Assembly: GCA_963843555.1 (NCBI GenBank)
Contig: CAWJKV010000013.1
Location: forward strand, 1-41,630
Origin: an uncultured Methanosarcinales archaeon
GTDB lineage: Archaea; Halobacteriota; Methanosarcinia; Methanotrichales; Methanotrichaceae
DNA length: 41,630 nt
Reading direction: 5' to 3'
In this document: positions 1 to 8,950 of the stretch, piece after piece
Layout: every line of letters starts with the position of its first letter
Position numbering within the stretch: position 1 is the stretch's first letter
Translations under genes and position numbers: made by a program
The notes under the pieces: generated by a model
The model's input: the letters and a program-made list of their open reading frames with translations, nothing else
Told to the model about the DNA's origin: nothing
The model's database searches: none

Positions 1-514
1 CGCCGCCCCGTAGAGCCTCTCCACCTCGGTGGCTTTCTCCAGCAGGGTCTTTTGCCGGAGGAACTCTGCCTCATCGATGATCCCTATGTCCTTCGCCGCC
101 TCCAGGGTCAGGATCACACCTTTGGTATTATCTCTGTAGCCGGCATGAACCTCCACCTCCAGGACGGGTATTCCCAGATCTGCGTCCAGCACGGCCTGAT
201 GCAGGTCATCGCCGATGATCATGCTGCTGCAGGTTCCTGAGATCGCCATGAGCCGGGGATGGAACAACTCCATGGCTTTCGTGAGAAGACCGGTTAGCGG
301 CCGCTGGCCTCCGAAGACGAATCCTGCTTCATCCAGTGCGGTGGTCAGAACGCGCACGCCGTCCTCTTCCAGGAGGCGGGCATGCTTGAAGCAGCATCCG
401 CTTGGGCCATGCAGTATGACCACCTCGGCCCCGAGGTCACGCAGAGTGTAAAGAGCAGCCACGATGGAGCTGGGCCTGGGATGAAGTATTGTCAAGTTTT
501 TCTCTGTTCGCCAT
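1..514 (-). CDS. cfbD: Ni-sirohydrochlorin a,c-diamide reductive cyclase catalytic subunit (NifD-like), 3' end outside window; apparent 1-nt indel just after the start
   Basis: Not in the ORF track. Manual minus-strand translation gives [49 protein letters not shown]...[11 protein letters not shown], the CfbD/NflD N-terminus. The ATG at 514 follows a GGTGA RBS but is 1 nt out of frame. Lies downstream of cfbE. Confidence 0.9.
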
Positions 515-522
515 ATTTCATA

Positions 523-1755
523 TCACCTAAAGCATTTCACACACGATAGCAGCCTTTCCAGGCCGCCTTTCTCTGCCTTTCCCAGCCCTTCGGCCAGGTT
601 CTTTGCGGTTTCAGCCCCCAGCTCCGCCGCCAGGGGTTCCAGCCTTTTTCCCACCAGAATCAGCTTTGCTATCTGGACGCGCCTATCCCGGAGGAGCCGT
701 CCGGGCCGGTCTGTCCAGCCCTCACGTACGGTTTCTGAATCCTCACCCACCACGACGGCCAGATCGGGGCCCTGAGCCCCATCCGATGCCCTTCTCTACA
801 TCCCTGACTTTGAGACCGGAGTGGCGTTGTCGAAGAAGGTCATGCCGTGCATGCGTTTGATCTTCATCCGTCCGGAAAAGCCATCAAAGTCCTCTAAAGC
901 CAGGGCAATCTCGTCTCTCTCCAATCCTGAGGCATCGGCCGCGGCTGAGGCTGCGGCTATTGCCGTCTGGTAGCCGATAAAGTCCAGATCCTGGCCTAGA
1001 GATATTGGCCGCTCGTCGTTGCCAAAGATCAATCTGTCCGGTCTGGCATCGACCTTTCCTCCAATGGCAAAAGAAGTATCGGCCGAGATTCTGGCATCAG
1101 CATTGGCGAGCAGCTTTGCGCCCTTCCTGGCCAGGGAGACCATCTGCAGCTTGGCAGTGCTGGCCCATTTTGAGGCTTCTGCAATGCGGTAGTCTCCGGA
1201 AAGGCTGGTCAGTATCCCGTAGTCTGCCAGGCCTGTACCGCCCAGAGAGATCTCGCATATCAGAGCGGCTGCCTCCTGGGCGGCAGCCACCTCGGCGGCT
1301 ATGATCACATTTCCCGGAGTGATGCTCAGATCCTTTTTCAGGAGACGGGGCTCTCCCGCATTCCAGATCTCCAGGCCGCGGGTGGTATGCGATAAGACCT
1401 TTTTTTGGCGGGAGAGCATCGTTGCAAGCAACAGCGCCGTCGAGGTCTTGCTGTGAGTTCCTGTCACCTCGAAGACCACCACCCCGCTCAGAGACGGCCC
1501 CAGGAGTTCGCCTACCGCTTGATGGTGAGTGATGATCTTCTTCTTCAGTCTCCTGGCCTCGACTAAGTGAGGATTATTCGGCCCCAGGTGCACTGGGGCA
1601 GCAACCTCATCAAATCCTGCCAGGCTGGCGGTGTGGTGATACACCTCCAGGGCAACAGCGTCCAGGCCCGAATCGACCATCTTGCGGGCGATAACGGCTC
1701 CCCCGTGGATGGTATCGAGTACGGCTATCTTAGCGCTTCTTCGGCCCGCGTGCAT
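523..1755 (-). CDS. cfbE: Coenzyme F430 synthase (Mur-ligase-like), split by frameshifts near 825 and 770
   Basis: KIAVLDTIHGG N-terminus, FEVTGTHSKTST P-loop and EISLGGTG. After the shifts the frame continues as DN(A/N)SGLKVRDVE and VVGEDSETV (ORF 523..753). Lies between cfbA and cfbD. Start uncertain (1755 or 1773). Confidence 0.88.
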
Positions 1756-2117
1756 GCCAGTGCTGCAATGCATTCATCCACGCCCAGGGGCTCAGCGCAG
1801 ATGACCTCCACCTCTTCGCCCCATATATTCAAAATGCCTCTGCGCTTCTCCGGGTCCACGCCCAGCTCGTGGGGGATATCCTGGCGGGTGTGAACGCCAT
1901 GAGCCAGGAAGAGCGGCAAGGCCACGATCTTTTTCACATTGGTGCCTTCGAAGCTCTTCAGCCCAGCCGGGATGTCGGGCTGGTTCATATTAAGATAAGC
2001 GGTCCTGACTGGCCCCGTGTGGTTTTTGCCGATCATCTGAGCGAGCGATTCCACCAGCTCTTTATTGTAAGGCAGGCTGGAACCATGCCCGAGTACAAGT
2101 ATGCCTACGTCTTTCAT
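1725..2117 (-). CDS. cfbA: Sirohydrochlorin nickelochelatase (CbiX-S type)
   Basis: MKDVGILVLGHGS, PLFLAHGVHTRQDIP and EPLG motifs. About 130 aa. First gene of the cfb cluster. Confidence 0.93.
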   Translation of the reverse strand: MKDVGILVLGHGSSLPYNKELVESLAQMIGKNHTGPVRTAYLNMNQPDIPAGLKSFEGTNVKKIVALPLFLAHGVHTRQDIPHELGVDPEKRRGILNIWGEEVEVICAEPLGVDECIAALACTRAEEALR

Positions 2118-2205
2118 GGAAACACCAGTATTACTTTTTACAAATCCCGTGTTAAGAGGCGATAGATCCATGAGTACTAAATCCTTTCGAACGATTCATC
2201 CCGGT

Positions 2206-2263
2206 GGCGCAATGATGATAAGGCCTGTCTGACCCATGATGAGGATATTGAGTTCTGAGCGCC
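2206..2263 (+). ncRNA. Archaeal box C/D methylation guide sRNA
   Basis: GGCGC-A-ATGATGA (C, 2212-2218), TAAGGCCTGT, CTGA (D', 2229-2232), CCC, ATGATGA (C', 2236-2242), GGATATTGAGTT, CTGA (D, 2255-2258), GCGCC. All four boxes are consensus, the guides are 10 and 12 nt, and there is a 5-bp terminal stem. Intergenic. Confidence 0.88.
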
Positions 2264-3235
2264 CTAAAGATCCTTGCCCGGGGCAAGATCGCAGCCCGAG
2301 CACTGATAGCAGCCCGTAAGAGCAAGTCTGCCATCCAGATCATTCTCATCCAGCTTCCTCTTCAGATAGCGAGCCATTTCCAGCAGCCTCTCCGCGGAGG
2401 GCCGGCTGATCTCCACCTCCCCAGCCCTCAGGGGATGGGGATATGCAGCCCGCAAGATCGGCAGGACGCCCATCTCTGTCAACATATCGATGCCCTGACG
2501 CAGTGTTTCATCGGATTCGCCCAGGCCCATAATGACATTGGAGAAGACCCGGTTGCGGCCGAATATGGCGACTGCTTCCTGCAAGGCATCTATGATCTCC
2601 TGAAAAGAGATGCCAGGGCATAACCTGGCGAACAGCTCCTGATCCACGGTCTCCAGGTTGTACTTGACCTCATCTGCGCCTGCATCTTTTAGAATTTGAT
2701 TGACGCCGGGAAAGGGGCTGATGGAGACGCCGATGGGCACGCCAAAGTCCATTAGATCGCGAACGACTTCAGCCACACGGCTCGCCTCCAGCTGAGGCGA
2801 CTCCTCCACTCCGCTGGTCAGGGAGATGCTTCGCAGATTTCCGGTCTTGCTTGCCTCTTCCACCATTCTTCGCACTGTTTGCCGGGACTTCACACCGCCT
2901 TTCAATTTGGGCACGGCACAGAATTTGCAGTCAAAGATGCAGCGCTCCGAGACAGTGATGTAAGCCTGCTCCGGGCAATGCAAGAGCGGATTCACAAGCC
3001 GGCCGCAGGCGATCTCCATATCGTCCTTTAAAATGGCCACTCCACCCGGGCGGCTCTCCAGACGCAATGGCGAGCTTGCGGCTACGGAAAGGCGCACTAT
3101 CCGCGGGCCTGACTGGAAAAAGACGGACTGGCCTCCAGCACCAGGGCCCGCTGTGGATACCTGGCCGCAGGATTGAGGCATGGCCAGCTGCACCGTTCCC
3201 ACCGCAAGAAGTTGGGCTTTGGTCTCCAGATCCAT
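2264..3235 (-). CDS. Radical SAM protein (biotin-synthase-related family), function unknown
   Basis: CIFDCKFC (CxxxCxxC), LTSG, YNLET and NVIMGLGE motifs, plus a C-terminal CYQCSGC. Confidence 0.88.
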   Translation of the reverse strand: MDLETKAQLLAVGTVQLAMPQSCGQVSTAGPGAGGQSVFFQSGPRIVRLSVAASSPLRLESRPGGVAILKDDMEIACGRLVNPLLHCPEQAYITVSERCIFDCKFCAVPKLKGGVKSRQTVRRMVEEASKTGNLRSISLTSGVEESPQLEASRVAEVVRDLMDFGVPIGVSISPFPGVNQILKDAGADEVKYNLETVDQELFARLCPGISFQEIIDALQEAVAIFGRNRVFSNVIMGLGESDETLRQGIDMLTEMGVLPILRAAYPHPLRAGEVEISRPSAERLLEMARYLKRKLDENDLDGRLALTGCYQCSGCDLAPGKDL

Positions 3236-3311
3236 TGCTCACACTTGGTCGCTCAGGGTTAAAGAAATGATCGGCTCTTCGCTGTATCGAGTGGGTAAAG
3301 GGATGTTCGAT

Positions 3312-3428
3312 TCCTCTGTGCCTTCTCTGTGAATTCTATGGGCTCTTTGTGTTTATTAACCGTAGCAGGATAATTAACCCTGGTGGTTTACGGAAGAAAA
3401 CCGCAGAGTCGCTGAGCGCACAGAGGAC
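3312..3428. repeat. Intergenic CRCAGAG-type short repeat cluster with a 10-bp inverted repeat
   Basis: TCCTCTGTGC (3312-3321) is the reverse complement of GCACAGAGGA (3418-3427). Units CGCAGAG/CGCTGAG/CACAGAG lie at 3402-3425. A related copy lies at 8690-8733 on the other strand. Confidence 0.6.
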
Positions 3429-3540
3429 GAACGGACGGAGACGACTATTTTGCTCAGAAGATATGCCATTCTTTTCAAGCGCTGGTAATAAGGTAAAATA
3501 GTGGCAGCTCGATAATTGGATGGAAAAGAGCCAGAAAGGA

Positions 3541-5355
3541 TCACCTGGCTCCCCCTCCACCACCGCCTCCACCGCCGCCCCCTCCAAAACCGCCTCCTCC
3601 TCCTCCTGACCCACCAGAGCTGCTCGATCTTGGTGAGCTGGAGGAGTAAGCATGGCTGAAGCTAGTACTCATACTGTGGATGGCCACAGCCTCCGGAATG
3701 GCGATGTTTAAATCGGCCATTGCCTCCGCCACCTTTTTCCCCACTCCGAGAGCCGTGCCATATACCAGCCATTCCTTCCACATGTTCAGATCTTGTGGGG
3801 CATACCTCTGAATCATGGCGAAGTCGGAAAGGAATGCGCCGAACGCATCCCACTCCAGTTTTTCTTTATAGAATTCATCTTTCCACCTGCCGAAGAGGGT
3901 TGAGGGAGCAAATGCAACTACGGAAGCCTGTAGAACCAGGATCATCGAAGTTGTTGCCAGTGGATTGGAAAGGAGATTCGATCCACTTAGAGTAACGAAG
4001 AGGAAGACTGCAGCCCAAATTAGAGGAATGGCCAATTGCCTGATTGGCATCCTCAAACCCAGTGTTCTTAAGCCCCTTCCAACTACGAAATCACTAACCG
4101 CTTTTTCATTGATATAATGCAAAAGTCCATCCATACTCTCATGCAGCCGGGCCAGCTCATCCGTATCATAAGACCTGGCCAGAGCCTTCACCTTTTCCTC
4201 AAAGCCCTGGGCAGAAAAAGCATTTTTCCAGGAGTTATCCTTGAAAAAATCGAGGACTTTTCGTTCATAGCTATCGATATCGCGATCAATCGCAGGAAGC
4301 AGTATTATCTTTGTGCCAAATGCTGTGTCTATTTTTATGATATCGCGCCGGGATAAGTCCAGCACCGTGGCATAAAATCCGTCTTGATCAAAGTCGTAGG
4401 CGTCCCCCTTGAAGACCATGTTGACCAGCCATGGCTTTCTACTCGATGGTATGGTGCTGAGAAACTTAGGCACAGTATAGCGCTTCTCCCTGCCAAACCT
4501 GTAATAGATGAGTATGAGCAGGAGGGGAAATATTACTACCATTGCTCGCAATATGAAGAGAAGGTCAATGCCTCCTCCCTGGGCAGAGAGCGTTTTCGAC
4601 TGGACATCTGATACCTGGCGTGGGAAGCCCTGTATGAACCCTGATGCCTCCGGACTGAGGAGCATCTCCACCTCTAAGAGTCCGTCCTCGGGGCTGCTCC
4701 CGGTGATGACCCAGGAATCTCCCTCCTTCCGATAATTCATATCCGGGTGGGGAAAGAATTGGACCATCAGACCGTCGGGATCATGGATATAGATTGTCAC
4801 CTGCCGGTAAGGGAGATGCTCATCGGCCAGCATAAGATTCCAGTGGCAGAACTCCTGGTCGCACTCCAGGTAGGGATGAATTCGAAAGAGATAATCCATT
4901 TGAAACCGTCCGGAAGAGAACCGCTGGGGATAGTAGCCTCCAATCTCGTTCAGCTCTGCCAGCGACCGGACTTCACTCTCATACCCACTGTCATTTGCAG
5001 ATAGGATTTTGGCGTTGCCGTTGTTGTCTCTGAAGTAAGGGATTACACCGGCCGCAGGTGTGATCTTTAGGGGCTCCACATAGGGTATGCTGAGATTCTG
5101 CGCTGAAAGAGGCATCTTCCATTCTCTGTAGAGCATTCTATATTTTCCAGGGGACTCAATACTGTAGACGAACCGCTCCGCTAGTGTGCCATTGAGGTAG
5201 ATGTCAGCCCTGTAGTTGTCTACATATACATCCCCTAAATTGAAGCTCATTTCTGAGAATGCCTTCCCACCAGGAAGGCCGGTAAGAAAAAGTCCGACGA
5301 GGCCTATTAAGATCACTAGGCCGATCACGGCAGCAGCCTGTCTCTCGTCATTCAT
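3541..5355 (-). CDS. DUF2207-family membrane protein
   Basis: 604 aa. N-terminal TM, large extracellular domain, internal TMs, WDAFGAFLSDF...WKEWLVYGTALGV motif and Ser/Gly-rich tail GGGGFGGGGGGGGGGGAR. GAGGTGA RBS. Confidence 0.85.
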   Translation of the reverse strand: MNDERQAAAVIGLVILIGLVGLFLTGLPGGKAFSEMSFNLGDVYVDNYRADIYLNGTLAERFVYSIESPGKYRMLYREWKMPLSAQNLSIPYVEPLKITPAAGVIPYFRDNNGNAKILSANDSGYESEVRSLAELNEIGGYYPQRFSSGRFQMDYLFRIHPYLECDQEFCHWNLMLADEHLPYRQVTIYIHDPDGLMVQFFPHPDMNYRKEGDSWVITGSSPEDGLLEVEMLLSPEASGFIQGFPRQVSDVQSKTLSAQGGGIDLLFILRAMVVIFPLLLILIYYRFGREKRYTVPKFLSTIPSSRKPWLVNMVFKGDAYDFDQDGFYATVLDLSRRDIIKIDTAFGTKIILLPAIDRDIDSYERKVLDFFKDNSWKNAFSAQGFEEKVKALARSYDTDELARLHESMDGLLHYINEKAVSDFVVGRGLRTLGLRMPIRQLAIPLIWAAVFLFVTLSGSNLLSNPLATTSMILVLQASVVAFAPSTLFGRWKDEFYKEKLEWDAFGAFLSDFAMIQRYAPQDLNMWKEWLVYGTALGVGKKVAEAMADLNIAIPEAVAIHSMSTSFSHAYSSSSPRSSSSGGSGGGGGGFGGGGGGGGGGGGAR

Positions 5356-5576
5356 TCCCGTATCACCTCATGCATCGCCTTTGCCAAGCCCACAAAGAGA
5401 TCCCAGTTCATTCCACACCATCTATGATCCCTGATCTCTGATTTTTCTTCGTCTTCTACTGTATTGCGCCGGTTCTGCAGACAGTTGAAGGTCATCATGA
5501 AGTGGATAGCCACGGCTAGCAACAGTCCTAGAAAAAAGAGAACTGATGGTGAGGCTATCATTGATTCTATTTGCAC
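5352..5576 (-). pseudogene. Short membrane-anchored ORF, probable truncated LemA remnant
   Basis: A hydrophobic helix followed by TFNCLQNRRNTVE resembles the LemA N-terminus (TM-YNxLxxxRNxVE). ATGA overlap with the DUF2207 gene. Only 74 aa. Confidence 0.45.
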
Positions 5577-5890
5577 CCTGTTGGCATAAATACTTAGCTA
5601 AATCGTAACTCAACCCGTTTAACCCAGATGCAAAATTGATGCAGTACCGGCACATTTTATATGGTCAAAAGGGAGCAGTTCTGAGATTGATTGTGGTCTT
5701 ACCGAAGACGAATGAAATTGAAGGGCAATCTTCACATGCTACAGGCAGTATACCTGCATTCCGGGCTTGTTGCCAGGCTGATTATCATTTTCTCTTTTGT
5801 ATCTTATTCATACTTTCTATTATGTAAAAATGGTTTTCTGCTATTGTTTTCCTGCGAAAGTACTTATCCTTACACGTAGAATAGTATGCT

Positions 5891-6142
5891 ATGGCAGGAG
5901 TCCTCGGGCAGTTAATAAGGCCGCAGAAGAAAGCCGTGGGGCAATGCACATTCCAGGCGGACGCAACGGCAATGGAGCTGGAGGCGGCCAAAGAGATCCT
6001 GGCCGAGGTCTTCAGGGTCGGGCTCTCTGATGTGGATGAGATGATTTTGAGCCGCTTTGAAGCCTCAGGCAATGGAGATACTGACAATGATGATATTGGC
6101 AGCGAAGAGCTATGGCCGCAGGAATTCTGGCTGGGAGAGTGA
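5891..6142 (+). CDS. Small acidic hypothetical protein (83 aa)
   Basis: ATG start, coding-like composition, amphipathic ELEAAKEILAEVF helix, and a T-tract directly downstream (6147-6161). Confidence 0.7.
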   Translation: MAGVLGQLIRPQKKAVGQCTFQADATAMELEAAKEILAEVFRVGLSDVDEMILSRFEASGNGDTDNDDIGSEELWPQEFWLGE

Positions 6143-6323
6143 GCTCTTGTTTTGTTTTTTTAACTTTATATTCTCTTTACCTATTGGCAGGGATAGCCGG
6201 ATCAGACATTCTTTCTCCAGCTTTCACAGATGGTATCCGGGTCTGCATAATGATCAAATTTGGGTCAAAGTCGGCTCAGGAAAACCACAGTGCCCATAGC
6301 ATATCTTTTTCTACAGTTCGAAG

Positions 6324-6965
6324 TCATTGCTCCTGTAATGCTGGTATGCGGTGCATGATCTCAGTCCAATCATTGCCAACGGCCTTTTTGATGAGTTCTT
6401 TGACTCCCATGAAATCCGTTGCAGGAGTGATCGTCTGCATCATGCGGATCATATTCTCACGATCGTCGTTTCCTATTAGCGGGAACATCCAGGCTATGAA
6501 TTCTGGAAACCTTTCTTGAGGAAAAACACTGGCCAGGATGCCAATTGCTTTTATTTGCTCGAGCAAGGGGACTCGTTCCTTGAAGATCCGGTAAAGATGT
6601 GTATCTTCCTTGTCCAGGTGAATATTGAGATGAAAACGGAACGCTGCGGTGGCCCTGGCAGTCTGCAAAAGGTCGTGTGCAGAATATGATTTATTCAAAG
6701 TGTCATATGCCAAATCCAAGCCACGATGGTCTTTCAAATAAGCTTCCGCAACGAGAGGGGCGACATTATCGAGCACGGGGAAGATAGCTAACTCTTCTCC
6801 ATGGGCATGCCAGACCAACACTTCGTTGAAGAACCGGAAACGTTCGATGGTAGTGGCAAGACCCTCTTTCCCTCTTGCGGAGTCCAACGCTGCCGTATCG
6901 ATCTGCTTCAAGTCATTCCTGAACGCATTATGAATCGCCCGTATCGCATCGGTAGGTTCGGCCAT
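6324..6965 (-). CDS. Hemerythrin (HHE cation-binding) domain protein
   Basis: AIHNAFR, WHAHGEELAIFP, KDHRGL and IHLDKEDTHLY give the hemerythrin H/HxxxE/H/HxxxE ligand pattern. Confidence 0.88.
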   Translation of the reverse strand: MAEPTDAIRAIHNAFRNDLKQIDTAALDSARGKEGLATTIERFRFFNEVLVWHAHGEELAIFPVLDNVAPLVAEAYLKDHRGLDLAYDTLNKSYSAHDLLQTARATAAFRFHLNIHLDKEDTHLYRIFKERVPLLEQIKAIGILASVFPQERFPEFIAWMFPLIGNDDRENMIRMMQTITPATDFMGVKELIKKAVGNDWTEIMHRIPALQEQ

Positions 6966-7362
6966 GAGAATTCATTATATCCTTTCCCATTGAAATAACT
7001 TTGTTGCTGCAGTTACTCAGGCATCCTAATTTTGCTCACATCGATTCAGACCATACCAACTCATCTCCTGCTAGCTCCACAAGCATGGGACCAATGTTTA
7101 CATGTCGCATCGTGTATCGCCTCGGATCGCTCCGCTCCATCTTCCTGCCGTCATTCGCAATATCCTGAGGATATGATCACAGGGAAATTGCGAAGGGGCC
7201 TTCTCGTATCATCGCTTCCAGAATTGCCACCATCCACGAGGCAAAGATATAAACTAAAGATAATTTGAATCATAGTGGAGTTCTCCCGATTATAAAAGTC
7301 TCTGACCTTCCCACCACCCGGGCCCGCTTCAGCCCAGATCCCAATACTCATTGAGCCTGCCT

Positions 7363-7683
7363 TCAAAGTCCCGGCAGCCACTCCACCTCGCCAGTGGGAA
7401 TCCTTGTCAGCTTTCCGGATTCATCAAGAGTGTAACCTGCTGGAAGGCTGCCCCAACTCCACAGATCCCCGCCGGTTTGATTCTCACTTTGGTTCTGCGT
7501 CTGATTCGCCGTACCTGTCTGATTCTGTGTCTGGTTCACCGCATCAGTCTGATTCAGCATCCTCTCTGTCATATTATTTAAGATCGCCTTGCCTGCAGCT
7601 CCTTCGAGAGGCAGAGGCGATACTGCCAGGCAATTCACGGCTAAGAGCAAGAGCACTGCCGAATATATCACGAAATTATTCAT
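7363..7683 (-). CDS. Small secreted protein with NQT repeats
   Basis: Signal peptide (VIYSAVLLLLAVNCLA), seven N-x-T/S sequons, and C-terminal DLWSWGSLPAGY. Alternative starts at 7698 and 7704. Confidence 0.75.
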   Translation of the reverse strand: MNNFVIYSAVLLLLAVNCLAVSPLPLEGAAGKAILNNMTERMLNQTDAVNQTQNQTGTANQTQNQSENQTGGDLWSWGSLPAGYTLDESGKLTRIPTGEVEWLPGL

Positions 7684-7724
7684 ACCGAATTTCTCCATTA
7701 GCACTATTTAGACCCTCTGAGGCA

Positions 7725-8150
7725 TCACTCCGCCCGGAGCGTCACGATTGGATCAAGCTTTGCCACCTTGTTGGCAGGATAGACGCTGATAATGGTCGTC
7801 GTCAAGCACACCAAAGATTATCTCCAGGATGATGGACTGCGGCTTTACGAATGAGGGCAACCCGGCCCAGCAAGTCTACCTATGAGGAAAGATGCGACCA
7901 CATCGAGGATATTGCCATACAGCTTGAAACCGTGCCCAGATCTCCGGACTCCTGCAGAGTAGTACTGCATGCGGATATCGCCAGGGTTGCACCCAGAGCC
8001 AGCACGGGCCGATCTCAACAAATTCACTCTATCACGGTGAGCGCCATGACATTGGCGATGCCGATTCATCCCATCCCGAGATGCATAGCGCAGACGCAGA
8101 CCTGCCAGAGCAAAAATGATCGTGGAGAGGATGCTCATGATTTCAGCCAA
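7725..8150 (-). pseudogene. Degraded C-terminal fragment of a MacB/FtsX-family ABC transporter permease
   Basis: Stitching frames gives IGIANVMALTVIE*, EIG, LALGAT, GDIRMQY, LQESG, VVASFLIGRLAG, PSFVKPQSII and VYPANKVAKLDPIVTLRAE*. The YPAxxAxxLDPIxxLRxE ending is diagnostic. Contains an internal stop and several indels, and lacks the 5' part. Confidence 0.8.
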
Positions 8151-8250
8151 TCATTCTGCTCTCTTAAAACTTTAATTTCCCGCCAGCTTCGTGAGGGTGA
8201 TAGTTCCTTTCCAAAGCTAATCAATTTTGCAATTGGCATCTGATTAGCCC

Positions 8251-8469
8251 CTAGATTTCGATGTTGCGCCCAGGATCGTCTCCCCCTCGCGTCCAGATCG
8301 TCAACCCGTGATTGTTCTTGGTCAGGATGAATCCCAGCTTCCTCAATTCCGATCTGGCGTCCTGAGGGCTCAATCCACAGGCTTGGGCCACACGTTTTAG
8401 CTCTCCACGATCAAGGATCCGACCTCGCAAACATGGCTTATGTTCCAGGTATTCTCTGATCGCTTTCAT
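8251..8469 (-). CDS. Small basic hypothetical protein (72 aa), possibly winged-helix-like
   Basis: ATG preceded by a GGGAGTTGGA RBS. TATA-like TTTTTATATA on the minus strand at about 8544-8553. Confidence 0.7.
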   Translation of the reverse strand: MKAIREYLEHKPCLRGRILDRGELKRVAQACGLSPQDARSELRKLGFILTKNNHGLTIWTRGGDDPGRNIEI

Positions 8470-8689
8470 GATCCAACTCCCAAATTACCGCCGAGTCCAA
8501 TGTTCATTGTTTAAACCAGACAGATCCCTCTTGCATGGAACGATATATAAAAACTGAGGCGAACGAACGATATGATGTCCAGAGTATAGCTTACCAATAA
8601 ATCCCGGTAAAATTGTTCCGTTTGGACTGAGGATGGCTCAAATGGTTCAATTCGGTCTCTTTATCAGAGAATAATCGAGACTTCTATGA

Positions 8690-8733
8690 GTCCTCCGTGC
8701 GCTCTATGGCTCTGTGGTGATAATCCGTAACCA
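8690..8733 (-). repeat. Second copy of the CRCAGAG-type dispersed repeat
   Basis: The minus-strand sequence TGGTTACGGATTATCACCACAGAGCCATAGAGCGCACGGAGGAC aligns by eye to 3384-3428 at 34 of 45 positions. Confidence 0.6.
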
Positions 8734-8950
8734 TTTGTTGTAACCAGTGGCGTGCGACCATTATTTCTTAAAAATAGAACAATGAAATAGAACTTCTTAA
8801 GTGCTTTCTTCCGGAAAGAGATCGATAAAAGCGATCGAGATTATTCTTGGGCTATGAGCACACCGTTAGTTCGCCGTTCGTTTCGGTCTTACCTTTTTAT
8901 ATCGTTCAGATACGAAACCATTAAAGGAATAATGCATTAGGATGTGTGAA

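Noticed and set aside
3544..3645. GC-rich triplet repeat
   Set aside because: Simply encodes the Gly/Ser tail typical of DUF2207 proteins.
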